A stretch of DNA of 51,309 bases from Blastocatellia bacterium (lineage in GTDB: Bacteria; Acidobacteriota; Blastocatellia; RBC074). Positions within the stretch are counted from its first letter, which is position 1, and each line of letters starts with the position of its first letter. The DNA is taken from the NCBI GenBank assembly GCA_035275805.1, contig DATEMG010000282.1, positions 1 to 51,309 of the forward strand, written 5' to 3'. Below, in pieces: positions 10,514-19,940 of the stretch. Below the pieces are notes generated by a model that had not been told where the DNA came from, did not search any database, and worked only from the letters and a program-made list of their open reading frames with translations. Position numbers and translations under genes: made by a program.

Positions 10514-12535
10514 ATGAAGATGAAAATGAATCATCCACATCATTTGTTAGGAACGTTGGCGTTGGTGGCGCTCGCGTTCTTTAATGCACAGGCCGGCGTC
10601 ACCCGCATAGATATCATCTCCCGCGCCGACCTGCTCAACGGCAAGGAGTTTGGGCTGGCGGGCGCTTACGAGAAGATCGTCGCCAAAGTCCACTTCGCCG
10701 TCGACCCGAACAATCCGCACAATAAGGTCATAGTCGATATCGACAAGGCGCCGCGCAACGAGCAGGGCCTGGTCGAATTCTCCGCCGATCTCTACATCCT
10801 CAGGCCGAAGGATTTGAATCGTGGCGCCGGCGCCGCGCTGTTCGAGATTCCGAACCGAGGCGGCAAGGCTATGGTTCGCTTCTTCAATCATGCGCGCGGC
10901 TCGGCCGACCCGACGACCGAGGCTGAGATGGGCGACGGATTTTTGATGCGGCGCGGCTTTACGCTGGTCTGGCTGGGCTGGCAGTTCGACGTGGCTGACG
11001 GCGAGCAATCGTTGCGGCTCTATGCGCCTGTGGCGACCGACAACGGCAAGCCCATAACCGGTTGGGTAAGATCGGATTTCGTCTTTGCCACGAAGGTCTT
11101 CGACGCCTCACTCGGTCATCGCGGCCAGAAGGCGCAACCCGCGATCGAGCCTGACAGCGCCGAGTACAAGTTGACGGTACGCGACGCGGTGTTGGGCGAG
11201 CGACGTGTGATTCCGCGAGGCGACTGGCGTTTCGCGCGCTTCGTCGACGGGCAAGCCGTTCCCGACCCGACCCGCATCTATGTCAAGGGTGGATTCGAGC
11301 CAGGCAAGATTTACGAGGTCGTTTATCGCGTCCAGAATCCGGCGGTCGTGGGATTGGGCCTTGCGGCGACGCGCGACCTGGCGTCGTATTTCAAATACGA
11401 GCGCAACGACATGGCGTCGGTCAAACGCGCTTTGGCTTTCGGCATCTCGCAATCGGGCCGCTACCTTCGCCATTTCGTCTATCAAGGCTTCAACGCCGAC
11501 GAAAAAGACAGGCAGGTCTTCGACGCCGTCAACCCGCACGTCGCCGGCGGAGGGCATGGCAGCTTCAATCATCGCTTCGCCGAGCCGTCCCGCGACGCCA
11601 GCCCATTTTCGACATTCTTCTACCCGACCGACATCTTCCCGTTCGCCGATCTGGAGCAGACTGACCCTGAGACGGGCGAGAAAGACGGCATTCTGGGGCT
11701 GGCGATCAAACAGAAGGTCGCGCCGAAAATCTTCTACACGTTTTCGTCCTATGAATATTGGGGGCGCGCGGCGTCGTTGATTCACACTGGCCTCGACGGC
11801 AAAGCGGACGCGCCGCTGCCGGAGAACGTGCGCGTCTACTATTTCGTAGGCGGTCAGCATGGGCCGGGTCAATTCCCGCCGAACAAAAATCAGACGCAGA
11901 ACCTGGCCAGCCCGAACGACTATTCATGGTCGATGCGAGCCCTGCTCGTCGCGCTGGACGCATGGGTGAAAGACGGAACGCAACCGCCGCCGAGCCGGTA
12001 CGCCAAAATCGCCGACGGATCGCTCGTCAGCCCGCAGGCGATCAAATTCCCGAAAATCCCCGGCGTCAATTTCCCTCGCACGATTCACGAAGCCTGGCGC
12101 GTCGATTACGGCTCGGGATTCAAAACAAAAGGCGTCGTCACAAATGAACCGCCGCGCATCGGCAAGCCGTTTTCGGTGATGGCGCCGCAGGTCGATCAGG
12201 ACGGCATCGACATCGGCGGAATCAAAATGCCAGAAGTCGCCGCGCCATTGGCGACTTATACCGGTTGGAACCCCCGCGACCCGCAGACTGGCGCGCCTGA
12301 TCAGTTGGTAGACTTCGCCGGTTCATACATTCCCTTCGCAAAGACAAAGTCCGAGCGCGACCGCACGGGCGATCCGCGATTGTCGCTGGAAGAACGATAT
12401 ACGAGCCGAGCCCACTACCTCGGCCTGGTGGCGGAAGCGGGATTGAAACTGGTCAAAGACGGCTACCTGTTGGCTGAAGACTTGCCGGCATTAGTCGAAC
12501 GCGCCGGGCGGCAGTGGGACTACACAGTGAAGTGA
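10514..12535 (+). CDS. Secreted protein, probable alpha/beta-hydrolase-domain protein
   Basis: 673 aa with an N-terminal signal peptide. GISQSGRYLRHF resembles a GxSxG nucleophile elbow. Family assignment is from memory only. Confidence 0.5.
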   Translation: MKMKMNHPHHLLGTLALVALAFFNAQAGVTRIDIISRADLLNGKEFGLAGAYEKIVAKVHFAVDPNNPHNKVIVDIDKAPRNEQGLVEFSADLYILRPKDLNRGAGAALFEIPNRGGKAMVRFFNHARGSADPTTEAEMGDGFLMRRGFTLVWLGWQFDVADGEQSLRLYAPVATDNGKPITGWVRSDFVFATKVFDASLGHRGQKAQPAIEPDSAEYKLTVRDAVLGERRVIPRGDWRFARFVDGQAVPDPTRIYVKGGFEPGKIYEVVYRVQNPAVVGLGLAATRDLASYFKYERNDMASVKRALAFGISQSGRYLRHFVYQGFNADEKDRQVFDAVNPHVAGGGHGSFNHRFAEPSRDASPFSTFFYPTDIFPFADLEQTDPETGEKDGILGLAIKQKVAPKIFYTFSSYEYWGRAASLIHTGLDGKADAPLPENVRVYYFVGGQHGPGQFPPNKNQTQNLASPNDYSWSMRALLVALDAWVKDGTQPPPSRYAKIADGSLVSPQAIKFPKIPGVNFPRTIHEAWRVDYGSGFKTKGVVTNEPPRIGKPFSVMAPQVDQDGIDIGGIKMPEVAAPLATYTGWNPRDPQTGAPDQLVDFAGSYIPFAKTKSERDRTGDPRLSLEERYTSRAHYLGLVAEAGLKLVKDGYLLAEDLPALVERAGRQWDYTVK

Positions 12536-12558
12536 AGCCAGGAATGCCGAGTGTAGTA

Positions 12559-12641
12559 GATCGAGGATCGAAGTTAGGAAACCACGGATAATCTATATCG
12601 ATCCTCAATCCTCAATTCTCAATCCTCAATCCTCAACCTCG
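12559..12641. repeat. Asymmetric hairpin element with an (ATCCTCA)n expanded right arm
   Basis: The left arm GATCGAGGATCGAAG pairs with CGATCCTCAATC. The right arm carries 5 heptamers. Confidence 0.8.
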
Positions 12642-12876
12642 TCCAGAAGCAATTCCATTTAGACCTGAGTTTATACTATATGGTATGCGGGCGAAGCCGC
12701 TGGTCCTTTCTCCAAAATTCACCGCGAAATCGTATATCATTTAGGAAGAATAATTTCTGCTCGCCATCGAGATGCGAATCCGTGTGGTACGCCGGTCGCA
12801 ATACATGTCCGGCGAAAGGAGACCTCGGCACAGTTGCACTCACGCATTCTGATAGACACTCCGGGGAACTAACTAA

Positions 12877-13251
12877 ATGAACATTCAAAATATAAAGAAG
12901 TACGCATTCTCGTTGGCTCTTGCAGTAGGCTTTGTTATCGCTCCTGGTCTATCGAGTCTGTCCACCGTTCAGGCGCAGGGATGGGGCCGTGACCGCCGGG
13001 ATGACCGCTGGGATGACCGGAGACGGGATCGTTGGGACGACGACCGCTGGGACGATCGTCGGGAACGCAGGGAGGAATATAGAGGCTATCGCGACGGATT
13101 GGACAGAGGGCAGAGAGACGCTCGCACGAACAGGCGTCCCGACCCCAATAACTCCAGCCATTATCGTAACGGCAACCATGATTATCGAGAAGGATTTCGC
13201 AGGGGTTATTTTCGGAGCTACCGTGAATATGACCGCTACGGGAGGCGGTAA
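12877..13251 (+). CDS. Secreted Arg/Asp/Trp-rich low-complexity protein
   Basis: Signal peptide ending VQAQG, then DRRDDRWDDRRRDRWDDDRWDDRRERRE and a YR/GY-rich tail. A strong intrinsic terminator follows. Confidence 0.55.
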   Translation: MNIQNIKKYAFSLALAVGFVIAPGLSSLSTVQAQGWGRDRRDDRWDDRRRDRWDDDRWDDRRERREEYRGYRDGLDRGQRDARTNRRPDPNNSSHYRNGNHDYREGFRRGYFRSYREYDRYGRR

Positions 13252-13273
13252 TCTCTTGACGGTTTTGATTTAG

Positions 13274-13308
13274 AAAGCCGCCGGCTGAAAAGTCGGCGGC
13301 TTTTTTTT
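13274..13308 (+). terminator. Rho-independent terminator
   Basis: AAAGCCGCCG-loop-CGGCGGCTTT stem followed by a T8 run, 23 nt after the stop of 12877..13251. Confidence 0.75.
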
Positions 13309-13358
13309 ATCGTAACAGTGGGAAAGAATTCGGTCTGTCCGTACCTTGAATTATGACG

Positions 13359-13536
13359 TACAGACTGATGGTCTTTGAGAAATAAATGGCGGCGCCTTCG
13401 CGCCTTTGCGTCTTTGCGAGAAATGGGCTTCTTCATTTGGGCTGCGGTTCTCGCCAAGGCGCAAAGACGCAAAGGCCGCGAAGTATAGACGCCGCTACTG
13501 CGGCGCCACATTATTCTCAAAGACCATCAGTCTATC
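13359..13536. repeat. 178-bp nested palindrome (MITE-like) containing a CTTTGCG-unit hairpin
   Basis: The outer inverted repeat ACAGACTGATGGTCTTTGAGAA(A)TAA lies at both ends. The inner hairpin (13396-13421 / 13460-13494) belongs to the same family as 32568-32654. A 20-bp direct repeat TGAAAAGTCGGCGGCTTTTT flanks the element at 13286-13305 and 13543-13562. Confidence 0.85.
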
Positions 13537-13594
13537 TCACTGTGAAAAGTCGGCGGCTTTTTAGTTTGTCATCTACCGCGCGCGCTGGCAGTAT

Positions 13595-15031
13595 TTGGCA
13601 ATGACCTACCTTTTCATCCTCATCGGCTATGCGGCTTTGATGATCGCGTTCGGCGTAATCTTCTCCCGACGCGTGCGTAAGAGCGGCGATTTTTTTGTCG
13701 CCGGTAGGGAATTGAACGCAGGGCTTATATTTTCGACATTGCTGGCGGCCAACATCGGCGCCGGTTCGACGGTCGGCGCGACGGGATTGGGCTATCGCGA
13801 CGGATTGTCTGCCTGGTGGTGGGTCGGGTCGGCGGGGATAGGGTCGTTGATCCTCGCTTTCACAGTCGGGCCAAGGATATGGCGCATCGCGCGGGATAAC
13901 AATCTGTACACTGTCGGCGATTATCTCGAATTCCGTTACAACCGGACGATGCGCGGACTGGTCGCTGCGCTGTTGTGGTTCGGGGCGCTGGCGATCCTGG
14001 CCGGACAGTTGATCGCGATGGAGCAGATATTCAAAGTGACGGCGGGCTTGGGCAGAATCGAAGGCTGTTTGCTGGCGGCCGCTGTGATCACCGCCTATTT
14101 CGCCTCCGGAGGCTTGCACGCGACTGCGCGTGTCAACGTCATCCAGATGATTGTCAAGTTGTCCGGCTTCACGCTGGCGTTGATCTTCCTGCTCACGGCT
14201 TCGGGAGGCTGGGGCGTGATACGAGCCGGCGTGTTGGCCGGCGCCAGCGCGCCCGACGCAGAAAGATATTTCAACTTTATGGGCGGCGGCTTATCGGGGG
14301 CGCTTGGTTACATCGCGCTGCTTACGCCCTCTTTCATCGTTTCGCCTGGGCTGTTGCAGAAATTGTTCGGCGCGCGTGACGAAAGCGCCGTGCGGCGCGG
14401 CGTGGGATTGAACGCGCTGGGCCTGCTCGCTTTCGCCATCATACCGGCGTTGATGGGAGTGATCGCGCGCAGTCAATTTCCTGATTTGGGGAACAGAGAG
14501 ATGGCGTTGCCTGCGCTTCTGACAGGGGCGCTGCCCGTTTGGTTGGGCGGGTTGTTGCTGGGGGCGCTCTTTTCGGCCGAGCTTAGCGCGGCTGACGCGG
14601 TGCTTTTTATGCTTACTACTTCGCTCAGCAAAGATCTCTACAAAACATTCATCAGACCTGACGCTGACGACAAGAGCCTGTTGCGAGTGTCGCGGCTGAC
14701 GGCGGTAGGCTGCGGTGCGATTGGGGCGGGACTGGCCATCTGGTTCAATTCGGTAATCTCCGCTTTGAAAATCTTTTACACTCTGCTCGCGGCGGCGCTG
14801 CTGCTGCCGTTGATATTCGGTCTCTATTCGCGACGCGTGACGGCGCACGCGGCTATCGCCGCGACTCTAGTTTCAGTGGCAGTGACATTCGCGCTCGAAC
14901 TTCTGACCAAAGGGCAAGGTTATGCGGGACTGCCGTCGCTGATTTGGGGGACGCTGGCCGGAATGGTTGCGACAGTTTTATTGATCGCGGCGCCCAAATT
15001 AACTAGGAGCGATTCTATACAAAACCATTGA
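13595..15031 (+). CDS. Sodium:solute symporter (SSS) family transporter
   Basis: 478 aa, about 12-13 hydrophobic segments. FFVAGRELN...ANIGAGSTVGATGLGY is typical of the SSS family. Confidence 0.85.
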   Translation: MAMTYLFILIGYAALMIAFGVIFSRRVRKSGDFFVAGRELNAGLIFSTLLAANIGAGSTVGATGLGYRDGLSAWWWVGSAGIGSLILAFTVGPRIWRIARDNNLYTVGDYLEFRYNRTMRGLVAALLWFGALAILAGQLIAMEQIFKVTAGLGRIEGCLLAAAVITAYFASGGLHATARVNVIQMIVKLSGFTLALIFLLTASGGWGVIRAGVLAGASAPDAERYFNFMGGGLSGALGYIALLTPSFIVSPGLLQKLFGARDESAVRRGVGLNALGLLAFAIIPALMGVIARSQFPDLGNREMALPALLTGALPVWLGGLLLGALFSAELSAADAVLFMLTTSLSKDLYKTFIRPDADDKSLLRVSRLTAVGCGAIGAGLAIWFNSVISALKIFYTLLAAALLLPLIFGLYSRRVTAHAAIAATLVSVAVTFALELLTKGQGYAGLPSLIWGTLAGMVATVLLIAAPKLTRSDSIQNH

Positions 15032-15313
15032 CGCATTTGTCTGAGCTCTGTATCCTCTGCATCGCTAAATTTTCCCGTCGGCCTCGCGGGAAGCCGCGGT
15101 ATCTTTATAATCGGTTGAAAGCGGCGCCGCGAAAATATATATATCGAAAACAAGCAAGATTTGAATAGTAACGATAATTGTCTAAAAGATGCTACCAATT
15201 GTCACGAGTAATCCAAGCCAGACAGTAACATCCGAGTAAATCCACAGTTGTTATTATATCAATCTCGCGTGCTTTGAATTTGGCCCCCATACGAGGGACA
15301 ACCTATAGTTATC

Positions 15314-15342
15314 TTGACCGCATCAACTCCGCTCAATATACT
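15314..15342 (+). promoter_or_regulatory. Sigma-70-type promoter upstream of nusB (TTGACC-17-TATACT)
   Basis: -35 at 15314-15319, 17-nt spacer, -10 at 15337-15342. Implies a leader of about 110 nt before the nusB ATG. Confidence 0.45.
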
Positions 15343-15460
15343 CACTGTGAGTGATTTGAAACTGAATCCCCCGGTACAAAACACTCAACGCTCGTCTCCG
15401 TCCCCCAGATCTCATCGACCTGGACATATAAAAACTATTAACTAAAGTTGTAAAAAAAAT

Positions 15461-15919
<459 letters not shown>

Positions 15920-15923
15920 TGGA

Positions 15924-16760
15924 TCAGTCCATCAACAATCGCACGCCAAGCGATTCGGCCAGTCTGACCGCCTTAGTGAATCTCACGAATTGAGCGTAGG
16001 TGGATCCCTGGTTGTGCAGGCGCGCTCGTTCGCTTGGGGTAAGGCCGTTGATCAACGTGGCTTCCAGAAACTCCGCGTAGTCTGACAACGCCATTACCGG
16101 CAGTTCTCGCTGATAACCTAAAGCCCCGTCGTCGGAGGCGGCGAATCCTGCGAGCAGGTCGAAAAGATTATCGGTGGTCAGTTTTGCGGCCTTGCGCGCC
16201 AGGGAGATTGGCGTACGCATCTCGAAGAACCTCAATCCTTCGGGAGTCGTCACGCGTCTCAACTCCTTAGTAACCTCGCCGTCAAACGGCGATTCGGGAT
16301 CGACCAGAATAAGAAGCAGATTTGGCCATTGTTCCTGTGGCAAGGTATCGCTCAGCAGCTGAGCGCGATCGGCCAGGAAACGCTCGAAGCGAGCCTCGAT
16401 TGGGTAGCGGATGCGGCCCAGACATCCGATGGCCTCGCCGCGCGACGCTCCTTGAGGCGGGTTCAAACTCTCGTCCTCGCAGCCGAGTTCGTCTTCGTCG
16501 GAGTCATAATCGAAGTTCTGTTCGATGTGCGCGGGGCATCGCGTGCGGCAGTATTCGGCCACCCGCTCCGTAATTTCCAGCTCCTCCGAGAGCTCGGTCG
16601 TGAATCTGACACTCTCTTCCGATGGCGGGCGGTCGTCTTTCAGCGCCATATTGACGATCTGCGAAACCAGCGACCCGGCGCGTCCCAGGGCGCGCAGCGT
16701 CTGTTCGCCGTATAGTCGCCGCATCTCGCAAGGATATTCGATTGCATATTCGAGAGACAT
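15924..16760 (-). CDS. Hypothetical protein (Cys-containing, acidic insert)
   Basis: 278-aa ORF convergent with nusB (stops 4 nt apart). Codon usage resembles its neighbours. No family recognised. Confidence 0.6.
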   Translation of the reverse strand: MSLEYAIEYPCEMRRLYGEQTLRALGRAGSLVSQIVNMALKDDRPPSEESVRFTTELSEELEITERVAEYCRTRCPAHIEQNFDYDSDEDELGCEDESLNPPQGASRGEAIGCLGRIRYPIEARFERFLADRAQLLSDTLPQEQWPNLLLILVDPESPFDGEVTKELRRVTTPEGLRFFEMRTPISLARKAAKLTTDNLFDLLAGFAASDDGALGYQRELPVMALSDYAEFLEATLINGLTPSERARLHNQGSTYAQFVRFTKAVRLAESLGVRLLMD

Positions 16761-16911
16761 AAAATCATAAAAATCAGGGAGTGTGCGAGAGTGGGTTATT
16801 TTAACATCAGTCAGGGCGTTCCGGGCGAGACCGTCCGGCTTTAATCACCCGTCGCTTTTGATTCCGGTCCGGCAGTCAAGTAAAATCTCAGGCGCGAGGA
16901 GTCATGCTTTT

Positions 16912-18141
16912 ATGAACAGATTTATGTATCCCCAGTCGCTCTGGACGCGGACGGCTCTGGCCGTTCTGACTTTATTTGCCGCCGCTCTCCCGGTCTTCGG
17001 ACAGGGACAGGAAGAGAAGCCACAGCAGGATTCGCAGCAACCGAGCATTAAAATCGGGACAAATCTCGTGACGGTGCCCGTCATCGTCACAGACCGCTAC
17101 GGCCGCTTCGTCACCGGATTGACTCGCAATGAGTTTACCGTGCGCGAAGAAGGCGCCCCGCATAGGATCGAGGATTTTTCTTCGACCGAAGCGCCGTTCA
17201 GCGTCGCGCTGCTGATAGACACCAGCCGCAGCACTCAGAACAAACTCGGCAAGATTCGCAAAGCCGCCGAGACCTTCATCAAGCAACTGCTGCCGAACGA
17301 CCGCATCATGGTCGTCAGCTTCGATGAAAAGGTACGGTTCATATGCGATTTCACCAGCAACCACGCTGAACTCGAACGCGCCGTCAAGTCGCTGAAGAGC
17401 AGCTACATGACGAGTCTGTACGACGCGATCCACCTGACCATCAATGAGAAGATGAATAAGATTCAGGGGAGAAAAGCCATTGTGGTGCTGACGGACGGCG
17501 TCGACACCGCGAGCAAACAGGCGACATATGAAAGCGCGATCGAGCTGGCGGCGAGCGCCGGAATCATCACTTATGCGGTCCAGTACGAAACGCGCAACGA
17601 CGGCGCCTCGAAACCGGTGTATATACCGGGCATCGGCAGTAAGTTCGCGCCGCGCTCGGGCCTGAAATGGCAGGACACGCAGCAACAAAAGCCGAAGCCG
17701 GAATCCGAGGAGTCAAAATCCGAATCAGAGGAGAAATCGAATACATCCCAACCCAAAGAAGGCGCCCCGACGTCGACTCCCGGCGCCCCTCCGTCCTCAC
17801 GCGTCAACAGCCAACGCCAGCAACCGATTCGTGATCGCTACCTGATCGCGACGGATTTCCTTCGCACACTGGCCGCTCAATCGGGCGGACTGCCTTTCCG
17901 AGCCGAAACCATTGAGAGCACTAGCTACGCTTTCCAACTCATCGCGAACGAATTACACAATCAATATACGCTGACTTACATCTCTACCAACGAGCGGCGC
18001 GACGGCAATTACCGCACGATCGCGGTCGGAGTCAATAATTCCGACCTAGTAGTGCGCGCGCGACGCTTCTATCGCGCGCCGAAAGACGAAGCCCCCGGCG
18101 CCGAGCAGGACAAAAAGATCGACCCGAAGCCGGGACAATAA
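16912..18141 (+). CDS. VWA-domain protein with acidobacterial-type N-terminal beta-sandwich
   Basis: Signal peptide, then IKIGTNLVTVPVIVTDRYGRFVTGLTRNEFTVREEG...IEDF and MIDAS LLIDTSRS. Start set at the ATG preceded by AGGAG. Paralogue at 40277. Confidence 0.8.
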   Translation: MNRFMYPQSLWTRTALAVLTLFAAALPVFGQGQEEKPQQDSQQPSIKIGTNLVTVPVIVTDRYGRFVTGLTRNEFTVREEGAPHRIEDFSSTEAPFSVALLIDTSRSTQNKLGKIRKAAETFIKQLLPNDRIMVVSFDEKVRFICDFTSNHAELERAVKSLKSSYMTSLYDAIHLTINEKMNKIQGRKAIVVLTDGVDTASKQATYESAIELAASAGIITYAVQYETRNDGASKPVYIPGIGSKFAPRSGLKWQDTQQQKPKPESEESKSESEEKSNTSQPKEGAPTSTPGAPPSSRVNSQRQQPIRDRYLIATDFLRTLAAQSGGLPFRAETIESTSYAFQLIANELHNQYTLTYISTNERRDGNYRTIAVGVNNSDLVVRARRFYRAPKDEAPGAEQDKKIDPKPGQ

Positions 18142-18152
18142 TTTATTCGGGG

Positions 18153-18400
<248 letters not shown>

Positions 18401-18406
18401 AAGCGG

Positions 18407-18435
18407 AGTATATTCACTCGCCCCTTGCGAGTCAA
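18407..18435 (-). promoter_or_regulatory. Sigma-70-type promoter (TTGACT-17-TATACT)
   Basis: Read on the minus strand: -35 at 18435..18430, 17-nt spacer, -10 at 18412..18407. Confidence 0.45.
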
Positions 18436-18517
18436 GAAAGCTTTAGCTTTTCTTCATAGCGTTTTTTCCAAATCTTTTCAGGCCCCCTCCATTCTAATTT
18501 TCGACCCCTGACTTATT

Positions 18518-18640
18518 GAGAGACGGGGCGACGAGGCGACAGGGCGACGGGGCGAAAAGGAGAATGGGGGAGAAAGCAACGCTACTTTCTCCCGTTCTCT
18601 TCATCGCCCCGTCGCGTGAGTCGCCTCGTCGCCCCGTCTC
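18518..18640. repeat. GGCGAC-unit hairpin element (family copy 1)
   Basis: The G-rich arm 18518-18555 pairs with the C-rich arm 18604-18640. The loop starts AAGGAGAATGGGGGAGAAAGC. Confidence 0.9.
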
Positions 18641-18769
18641 TTCTTCTCTCATTGGGCTTCGGTGTCAACGCGTCTTTTTTGTGCTAAGCTACGCCTCCCC
18701 TCGACTCTTGCAATTACGTCAGCAACCGGGCCCTGGCGTGTGGCCAGGCTTTCATTGTAGGAGGTAAGT

Positions 18770-19531
18770 GTGAAGCTAAGAAAGCCAGTTGTCAGTTTGA
18801 TCATCTGTCTCGCGGCTGTTTCATTGATCGGCTCGTCCTCCCTTGCGGATACAGTCAAACTCAGAGACGGTAGCGTACTGAAAGGCAAGGTCGTTTCGTA
18901 CACTCAGCGCAAATTCACTATCGAGGTATACATCGGAGGAGCCATTTCACAGCACGTGGTTCCAGTCGAAGAGGTCGAGAGTGTCGAGTTCGATCAGAGC
19001 GGTCAGGGAGCGATCAGCCGCGCCGAACCCAGCCGCGCCGAACCCACAGGAGCCAGCCAGCCGACGGAGGCGCCTCCGCGCAGCGGAATCCCGCGCGACC
19101 CCGCTCCGGAGGTTGCGACGCCTGAGCCGGGGCCTCCGCCTGGCGCCGACAACGGGGGCTCTTTAGCAGTGATTGCGGAAAAAACTGTCAGCGTCGCGGC
19201 CGCGGCCGACTGGACCAGCACTGAAATCCGACTCCAGCGTGGACAGCGCATTGTGATAACCGCTACCGGTGAAGTCGACCTGGGTGACAGCCAGCGTACA
19301 GGCCCGGACGGCATTTCACTCACCGATAGCCGCAAACTGGTCGCCGCTCGGCCTACCGGATCCTTGATCGCAGTCATCGGCGACGACAATGACGATTTCA
19401 TCTTCGTGGGCAGCGCGATCGCATTCGTCGCGCCCCACAACGGCATCCTCTTCCTGAGCGTCAACGAGGGCAATCTCAAAGACAACACTGGCGCGTTCGT
19501 GGCGAGAGTCAAGGTGCTGAGCGGCAGATGA
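18770..19531 (+). CDS. Secreted protein, Pro-rich linker, C-terminal beta-sandwich (possibly PA-IL/LecA-like)
   Basis: GTG start after AGGAGG, then a signal peptide. The domain guess for the C-terminal 110 aa is from memory only. Confidence 0.55.
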   Translation: MKLRKPVVSLIICLAAVSLIGSSSLADTVKLRDGSVLKGKVVSYTQRKFTIEVYIGGAISQHVVPVEEVESVEFDQSGQGAISRAEPSRAEPTGASQPTEAPPRSGIPRDPAPEVATPEPGPPPGADNGGSLAVIAEKTVSVAAAADWTSTEIRLQRGQRIVITATGEVDLGDSQRTGPDGISLTDSRKLVAARPTGSLIAVIGDDNDDFIFVGSAIAFVAPHNGILFLSVNEGNLKDNTGAFVARVKVLSGR

Positions 19532-19614
19532 TGTTTCCGTGGTAACCGGAGTAAGTTTATGAAGAGGCGCCGCACGAACCGATCGCGCTCCCAGCGCTGG
19601 AGGTCTTGCGACTA

Positions 19615-19857
19615 CATTTGATTGTTTTTGATGCGGAAAAGGAGTTGATCGTCTTCACGGTCCCGCCGATGCCAGCCTATCCACTCGACCATCGTTTTGG
19701 CCGTCGCCCGATGCTCGCGGGCTTTGTTGCGATCGCCTTGCGCCAAACACCACCTCGCGCATTCCAAATGGCGATCGCACAGACGCAAGCCTATTTCGCC
19801 GCGCTCGGCGATACGCGGCGCTTCGGCCAGGTCGCGCCGGTTACGTAGCTGTCTTTG
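19615..19857 (-). pseudogene. Possible 3' remnant of a TPR/STAND-type gene (no usable start)
   Basis: 81 open codons between in-frame stops. They read ...RRDLAEAPRIAERGEIGLRLCDRHLECARWCLAQGDRNKAREHRATAKTMVEWIGWHRRDREDDQL..., resembling terminal TPR helices. No ATG/GTG near the 5' end. Confidence 0.25.
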
Positions 19858-19940
19858 TTAACTCTCCTTGCCTGTCGGTCCGCGGCGCCGCACAATGCTG
19901 GGGCGTCATACAACTACACTTTAATCACGGAGAACAATGT

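Noticed and set aside
16783-16911. Longest-ORF N-terminal extensions given by the track at 16783, 27676, 28350, 30975, 36680, 37974, 38752, 49584 and 50715.
   Set aside because: In each case an internal ATG/GTG with a better SD coincides with the start of family-conserved sequence or a signal peptide. Some extensions translate repeat arms. The start positions remain predictions.
18516-18767. Two 83-aa ORFs (also 41444..41695) that start in the conserved loop AGGAGAATGGG of the GGCGAC hairpins.
   Set aside because: Similarity is limited to the repeat-derived first residues. The SD-like AGGAG is only 1 nt from the ATG. The downstream sequences are unrelated.
19606-19848. 80-aa plus-strand ORF in the 19.5-19.9 kb gap.
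   Set aside because: It has a TTG start, no SD and no recognisable features. The opposite frame looks more protein-like (see the pseudogene call).
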